DNA of 64,000 nucleotides from an uncultured delta proteobacterium. GTDB lineage: Bacteria > Desulfobacterota > Binatia > HRBIN30 > BPIQ01. Positions 62,443 to 64,000 of this stretch are shown in pieces; within the stretch, counting starts at the first letter, position 1, and the number at the start of each line of letters is the position of its first letter. The stretch spans positions 352,001 through 416,000 of the forward strand of contig CAVXGR010000018.1 in the NCBI GenBank assembly GCA_963761335.1, given 5' to 3'. The notes below the pieces were generated by a model that saw only the letters and a list, made by a program, of their open reading frames with translations, was not told the origin of the DNA and ran no database searches. Both the position numbers and the translations under genes were made by a program.

Positions 62443-63777
62443 ATGCGAACGGTGAAGTGGAATGCGTTTCTCCGAAGCCTCTGCGGCTTCGCAGTGGCGT
62501 TGGGTGTGATGGCGACGACCGCCTCCGCCGACGTCACGACGGAGCGTGGCGCGTCGATACTGGTGTTCCCGAAGGTGATCGTCAACGCGACCTACAACAC
62601 GACGATCCAGATCGCCAACATCTCCAACGACGTCGTCTACGCGCGCTGCTTCTACGTCGATGCCCGGCTGAGCAATCCGAGCCTCCCGGAGAGCCCGCTC
62701 AATCCGCGCCAGTGGATAGAGACGGACTTCCAGATCCGCCTGACGCGCCAGCAGCCCACCCATTGGGACGCGCTGCGCGGCCGCCCGGTGAATCCTCTCG
62801 ACAGCCCGTGCTCGGGGGGGCCCACCTGCATTCCCGTCGACAGCACCTCGATCGAGCTGAACGGAACCGGCATTGACCCCGGCGCCGTGCCGCCGGTCGC
62901 GCCCGGATTCGAGGGAGAGCTCAAGTGCGTCGAGGTGGACGCCTCGGGGACACCTCTGGGCGGCAATCACCTGAAGGGCGAAGCGACGATCGTCGGTGGC
63001 AACCCTGGCCCGGCGGGGGCGAACAGCAACCTGCGGGACGTCAGTAAGTACAACGCCATCGGCATCGAGGGTACCCAGCTCGTCGGCGCCACCGGCAATG
63101 ACCTCCAGCTGAACAACATCAGCGGCGAGGACGGCGGCATGTACGACGCCTGCCCCGAGACCACGATCATCGATCACTTCGCCGAAGGCGCTGAGAGCCC
63201 GCTCGCTGCAGCCGAGCGCATCGGTCGCCGCTGCTTGACGGCTCCTGGGACTCTCTGCAATTCCGATACTGACTGCCCGGCCGTCACTCCCTGCGTGACC
63301 GGCGGAATTTGCAGCGGCATCGCGACGGCGTGCACCGCGAATACCGACTGCTCCGTTGGGCAGACCTGCCAGCTCGCCGGCGTCTACAGTCAACTGACCG
63401 TCGTCCCGTGCACGCAGAACTTCGAGTTCCAGAACTCGCCCGACAACGCCGTCACCCTGCAGTTCAAGGTGTACAACGAGTTCGAGCAGTTCTTCTCTGC
63501 CAGCACCACTGTGGTCTGCTGGGAGAACGCCTCGCTGAGCACTCTCGGCGGCGTCAACGCCTTCACCGTCGGGGCTCTCGGTACCCCCGTCGCCCAGACC
63601 TTCATGCGGCCCGCGGACATCAACGACGGCGGTGTTCTCGCCGTCCTCGAGGAGTTCCATCGCGACGCCCGCGGCTTCGTGGCTCGCGATGCTCTGAACG
63701 TTCACACCGAGGGGAACCGTTTCTTCGGAGAGAATGGGGACGAGTTCGACCACATCACCCTGCCCGATCTGTTCTGA
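62443..63777 (+). CDS. Secreted hypothetical protein with a Cys-rich insert
   Basis: Strong RBS AGGAGGAGG; signal peptide ending ASA; GASILVFPKV; two C-x6-C-x5-C-x5-C units. Confidence 0.75.
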   Translation: MRTVKWNAFLRSLCGFAVALGVMATTASADVTTERGASILVFPKVIVNATYNTTIQIANISNDVVYARCFYVDARLSNPSLPESPLNPRQWIETDFQIRLTRQQPTHWDALRGRPVNPLDSPCSGGPTCIPVDSTSIELNGTGIDPGAVPPVAPGFEGELKCVEVDASGTPLGGNHLKGEATIVGGNPGPAGANSNLRDVSKYNAIGIEGTQLVGATGNDLQLNNISGEDGGMYDACPETTIIDHFAEGAESPLAAAERIGRRCLTAPGTLCNSDTDCPAVTPCVTGGICSGIATACTANTDCSVGQTCQLAGVYSQLTVVPCTQNFEFQNSPDNAVTLQFKVYNEFEQFFSASTTVVCWENASLSTLGGVNAFTVGALGTPVAQTFMRPADINDGGVLAVLEEFHRDARGFVARDALNVHTEGNRFFGENGDEFDHITLPDLF

Positions 63778-63854
63778 GGGGGAAAGAGGCGATGAGCACG
63801 GAGATGAGGGCTGCGGTTGGTGTCTCCCTTAACGGTGGAAAAAGGAGAAGGGCA

Positions 63855-64000
63855 ATGCGTACGGTGAAGCGAAATCCTTTTCTCTCGGGTCTGTGCGCGA
63901 TGGCGGTCCTGGGAGGGATGATTCTGGTGGGTACGGCTCGCGCCGACATGACCTCGGACACCCCGGCGGGCTTGCTCATCTTTCCGAAGCTGGTGATCCA
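63855..64000 (+). CDS. Paralog of the preceding secreted protein, 5' part (runs off the window edge)
   Basis: Read by hand: MRTVKRNPFLSGLCAMAVLGGMILVGTARA-DMTSDTPAGLLIFPKLVI, matching MRTVKWNAFLRSLC...ASA-DVTTERGASILVFPKVIV. Confidence 0.75.
   Translation, partial: MRTVKRNPFLSGLCAMAVLGGMILVGTARADMTSDTPAGLLIFPKLVI

Overview
High-GC bacterial window with deltaproteobacterial-type gene content and order (a Binatota/Myxococcota/Desulfobacterota-like host is an inference, not shown by the sequence). (1) 1-9.7 kb, minus strand: a type IV pilus locus (aroE, pilB, pilC, regulator, pilG/xapA-like, ABC ATPase and permease, truncated GT-C glycosyltransferase). It has no pilA or pilT. The usual PilS/PilR two-component pair is replaced by one 699-aa protein: PilS-like membrane sensor plus PAS, fused directly to a sigma-54 AAA+/HTH, with no kinase and no receiver. 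Three GG-N10-GC sigma-54 promoter candidates precede pilus genes, including a second PilB/GspE-like ATPase with a C-terminal receiver domain (24.9-27.3 kb). (2) 9.8-24.6 kb: mostly housekeeping genes (ppdK with a histone-H1-like tail, glyQS, recO, grpE-dnaK-dnaJ, LpoA-like lipoprotein, thiL, larB, Zn-dehydrogenase, methyltransferase). (3) 29.7-32.8 kb: tRNA-Ala(GGC), an M1-peptidase-like/Omp85-barrel fusion with a broken zinc motif, and a 262-bp MITE with terminal inverted repeats and an 8-bp target duplication. (4) About 32.9-62 kb: an aryl-polyene/flexirubin-like type II PKS/lipid cluster. It has an ACP, two KS/CLF pairs, KR, DH, MMPL, LolA-like proteins, DUF1302/DUF1329, a frameshifted MIO ammonia-lyase, a flavin halogenase, a B12 radical SAM enzyme, two acyltransferases, a GT2 and amino-sugar genes. 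Two copies of an inverted octamer-array repeat lie within it. (5) 62.4-64 kb: tandem paralogous secreted proteins. All family assignments come from motif recognition by eye; no database search was run.
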